From positions 114,634 to 178,633 of the forward strand of contig WSBC01000004.1 of the NCBI GenBank assembly GCA_009758405.1: 64,000 nt of DNA, read 5' to 3'. Below are positions 62,176 to 64,000 of this stretch, one piece after another (the stretch's first letter is position 1; each line of letters opens with the position of its first letter). Under the pieces are notes generated by a model, which was given only the letters and a program-made list of their open reading frames with translations, was not told the origin of the DNA and did not search any database. Both the position numbers and the translations under genes were made by a program. The stretch comes from Methanobacteriota archaeon (GTDB lineage: Archaea; Thermoplasmatota; Thermoplasmata; Thermoplasmatales; ARK-15).

Positions 62176-63124
62176 AGCTCTCTATTCTTATTTTTGTCCT
62201 TTCATCAAGCACTCCAGGCCTGTTTCCTTCTATTGTTAGAACCGGTATATCTATGCTATCCTTTATGATATAGTCTATTATCTGCCTATGGCAAAAGCTC
62301 TGGACATAATGAATTATTCCCTCTATTTTTCTTTTACCTATTTCATTTTTTATGTCCCTTAATCTATCCTGTACAGTATAGGGATATGTATATTCAAGAT
62401 ACTTATCTATCCAGTCCTTTTCAGGAAATGGCATAGAAAATTGTCTCTGTACCTCATTGAAAACAACATGCACACCATTTTTTTCCAAGAAGTTATAAAT
62501 ATCAGTAAATATGGGGGGTACACCAATGTAACCAATCCTAAGATTATATTCTATTTTATTTCTATTATTTGCTTCTTTAATAAAATTTTCTGCTTTTTTA
62601 ATATACACGCTTATGTCACCAAAAAAATCACTTGTATTAACAAGATAATAATGGTTTTCTAAACCACTTACAAGATCTTTTAAAGTAAGTTCGTCAATAA
62701 TCCATGCAAGCCTTCTAGCCTTATCAACAATATCTATTGTGTTCTTCATGTTATCTTCATTTGATTCAAGTAATTCTATGAATCTTTTTATTTCATCTTC
62801 TAATTTTTTCCTACTTTTATCATATGGAAAAGAAAAAGGAATTACCTTTATTCCTTTAAATGATAAAAAATCTAAAAGGGATTCGGTGTTGCTACAATCA
62901 CCCCTCACCACACCTATAACAGCATCAAATCCTTTATTTAAAGCAACAGAATAGAGACCTTTTATCCAGGAACAGGAATTATATGGAAATCCATCAACTT
63001 CTGCCTTTTCCACATAATATTCTGGATTTTCAGAAGTAATGAAAATATTGTTTAAATCAGTAGGTATGTGGTTGCCTGCGAATATGGGCTCAACAGGAAC
63101 CGTGGTAGTAAGACCGATTCTCAT
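62156..63124 (-). CDS. 2-hydroxyacyl-CoA dehydratase (HGD-D) family Fe-S protein
   Basis: IGLTTTVPVE, CSWIKG, GDCSNT, YVQSFCHR and RIESF.DML. Confidence 0.78.
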   Translation of the reverse strand: MRIGLTTTVPVEPIFAGNHIPTDLNNIFITSENPEYYVEKAEVDGFPYNSCSWIKGLYSVALNKGFDAVIGVVRGDCSNTESLLDFLSFKGIKVIPFSFPYDKSRKKLEDEIKRFIELLESNEDNMKNTIDIVDKARRLAWIIDELTLKDLVSGLENHYYLVNTSDFFGDISVYIKKAENFIKEANNRNKIEYNLRIGYIGVPPIFTDIYNFLEKNGVHVVFNEVQRQFSMPFPEKDWIDKYLEYTYPYTVQDRLRDIKNEIGKRKIEGIIHYVQSFCHRQIIDYIIKDSIDIPVLTIEGNRPGVLDERTKIRIESFIDMLL

Positions 63125-63162
63125 TATAGATCCATAAATGATTCCAAATTTAAAGATGATGT

Positions 63163-63543
63163 TTAGGTTATGGTTTTTGTTAACCATGTTAACATCCACC
63201 TTTGGAAGTTATCATCCCTGTAAATTGGGATGCTTAAACTTCGTGGGTATAACCCTATAACCTCTATCCCGTCCGCAAATGGTTCAGGAATTGCCTTACT
63301 TATTATATTATATAAATCATTGAGATCCGCATGTATTAGTATTTTATTTTTTGACCTGAAAATGCCCTTTTTTATTCTTTTTCCCATTTACTCATCATGA
63401 TGTTCAATGCTTTCATTGTCAAGGAATGAACACTTGCTTGTATAATCTTCCTCTTGTATCATTACTTGTATGCCTGCCTCTTCTTCCTTGTATTTGATCT
63501 GATTTATCAATGTACAAAAAAATATTTGTACGAAGTTCTGGTC
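63163..63543 (-). pseudogene. tnpB: Truncated IS200/IS605 tnpB (RNA-guided endonuclease) remnant
   Basis: QNFVQI..LINQIKYK.EEAGI.V..QEEDYTSKCSFLD...*MGKRIKKG.F...IHADLN..YNI; in-frame TAA at 63388-63390; N-terminal part missing. Confidence 0.85.
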
Positions 63544-64000
63544 TCATGCTCCCCTGTGCTTCTAGATTAGCCTTAAATCCTTTGCAGTTTCAGTGCCTAT
63601 TGAAGACCCTGATTGGGTCCCAGCTGGACTGATCCTATAAATTCCTTTGCAGGTTAGTGATCAATCAGAATAGACTCATCTCACATTACAGGTCTGAAAA
63701 TCCAGTATCTTGATCTTGCCTTTACAGACCCTATCATTTTCAGGAGCAGAATAGCTAAAAATTAAAGAGAATCTTGGTAGCAAATTCGAAAAAACGCAGA
63801 AGGAAAATAAATTTTAATTTAGGAGGGTTAAATCAGAATATCTGTACTCTTTTGATGTTTTATAAAAGAATGGAGGAGCGAAAGATATTAGTTATGATGT
63901 TAAAAATCAACAAGGTCATTATTTTTTATTTCCTATGCCTCCTTTTGAGGAGTATATATGTTAGTATTAGTACCCAGATTATACAGATTATAAGTATTGA

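Overview
AT-rich archaeal chromosomal segment. Gene content (fused Kae1-Bud32, PolD large subunit, Alba, aCPSF1, 11-subunit complex I, GGAGG/GGTGA Shine-Dalgarno use) is most consistent with a Thermoplasmatota, Aciduliprofundum-like anaerobic peptide fermenter; this taxonomy is an inference. It is mostly housekeeping: replication, RNA modification and proteostasis genes, two four-subunit 2-oxoacid:ferredoxin oxidoreductase operons plus IorAB, gdhA, and a Nuo/Fpo-like complex lacking NuoEFG. Features missing from the ORF track are the most interesting: (1) a >860-aa catalytically degenerate IleRS paralog with a C-terminal helix-hairpin-helix at the left edge; (2) a canonical box C/D sRNA predicted to guide 2'-O-methylation of 16S C1402; (3) a ~350-bp MITE family with IS903-like ends (3 full copies and 1 partial); (4) tRNA-Phe; (5) a decayed tnpB; (6) two unannotated small ORFs. 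All product calls come from motif recognition by eye, not from database searches.
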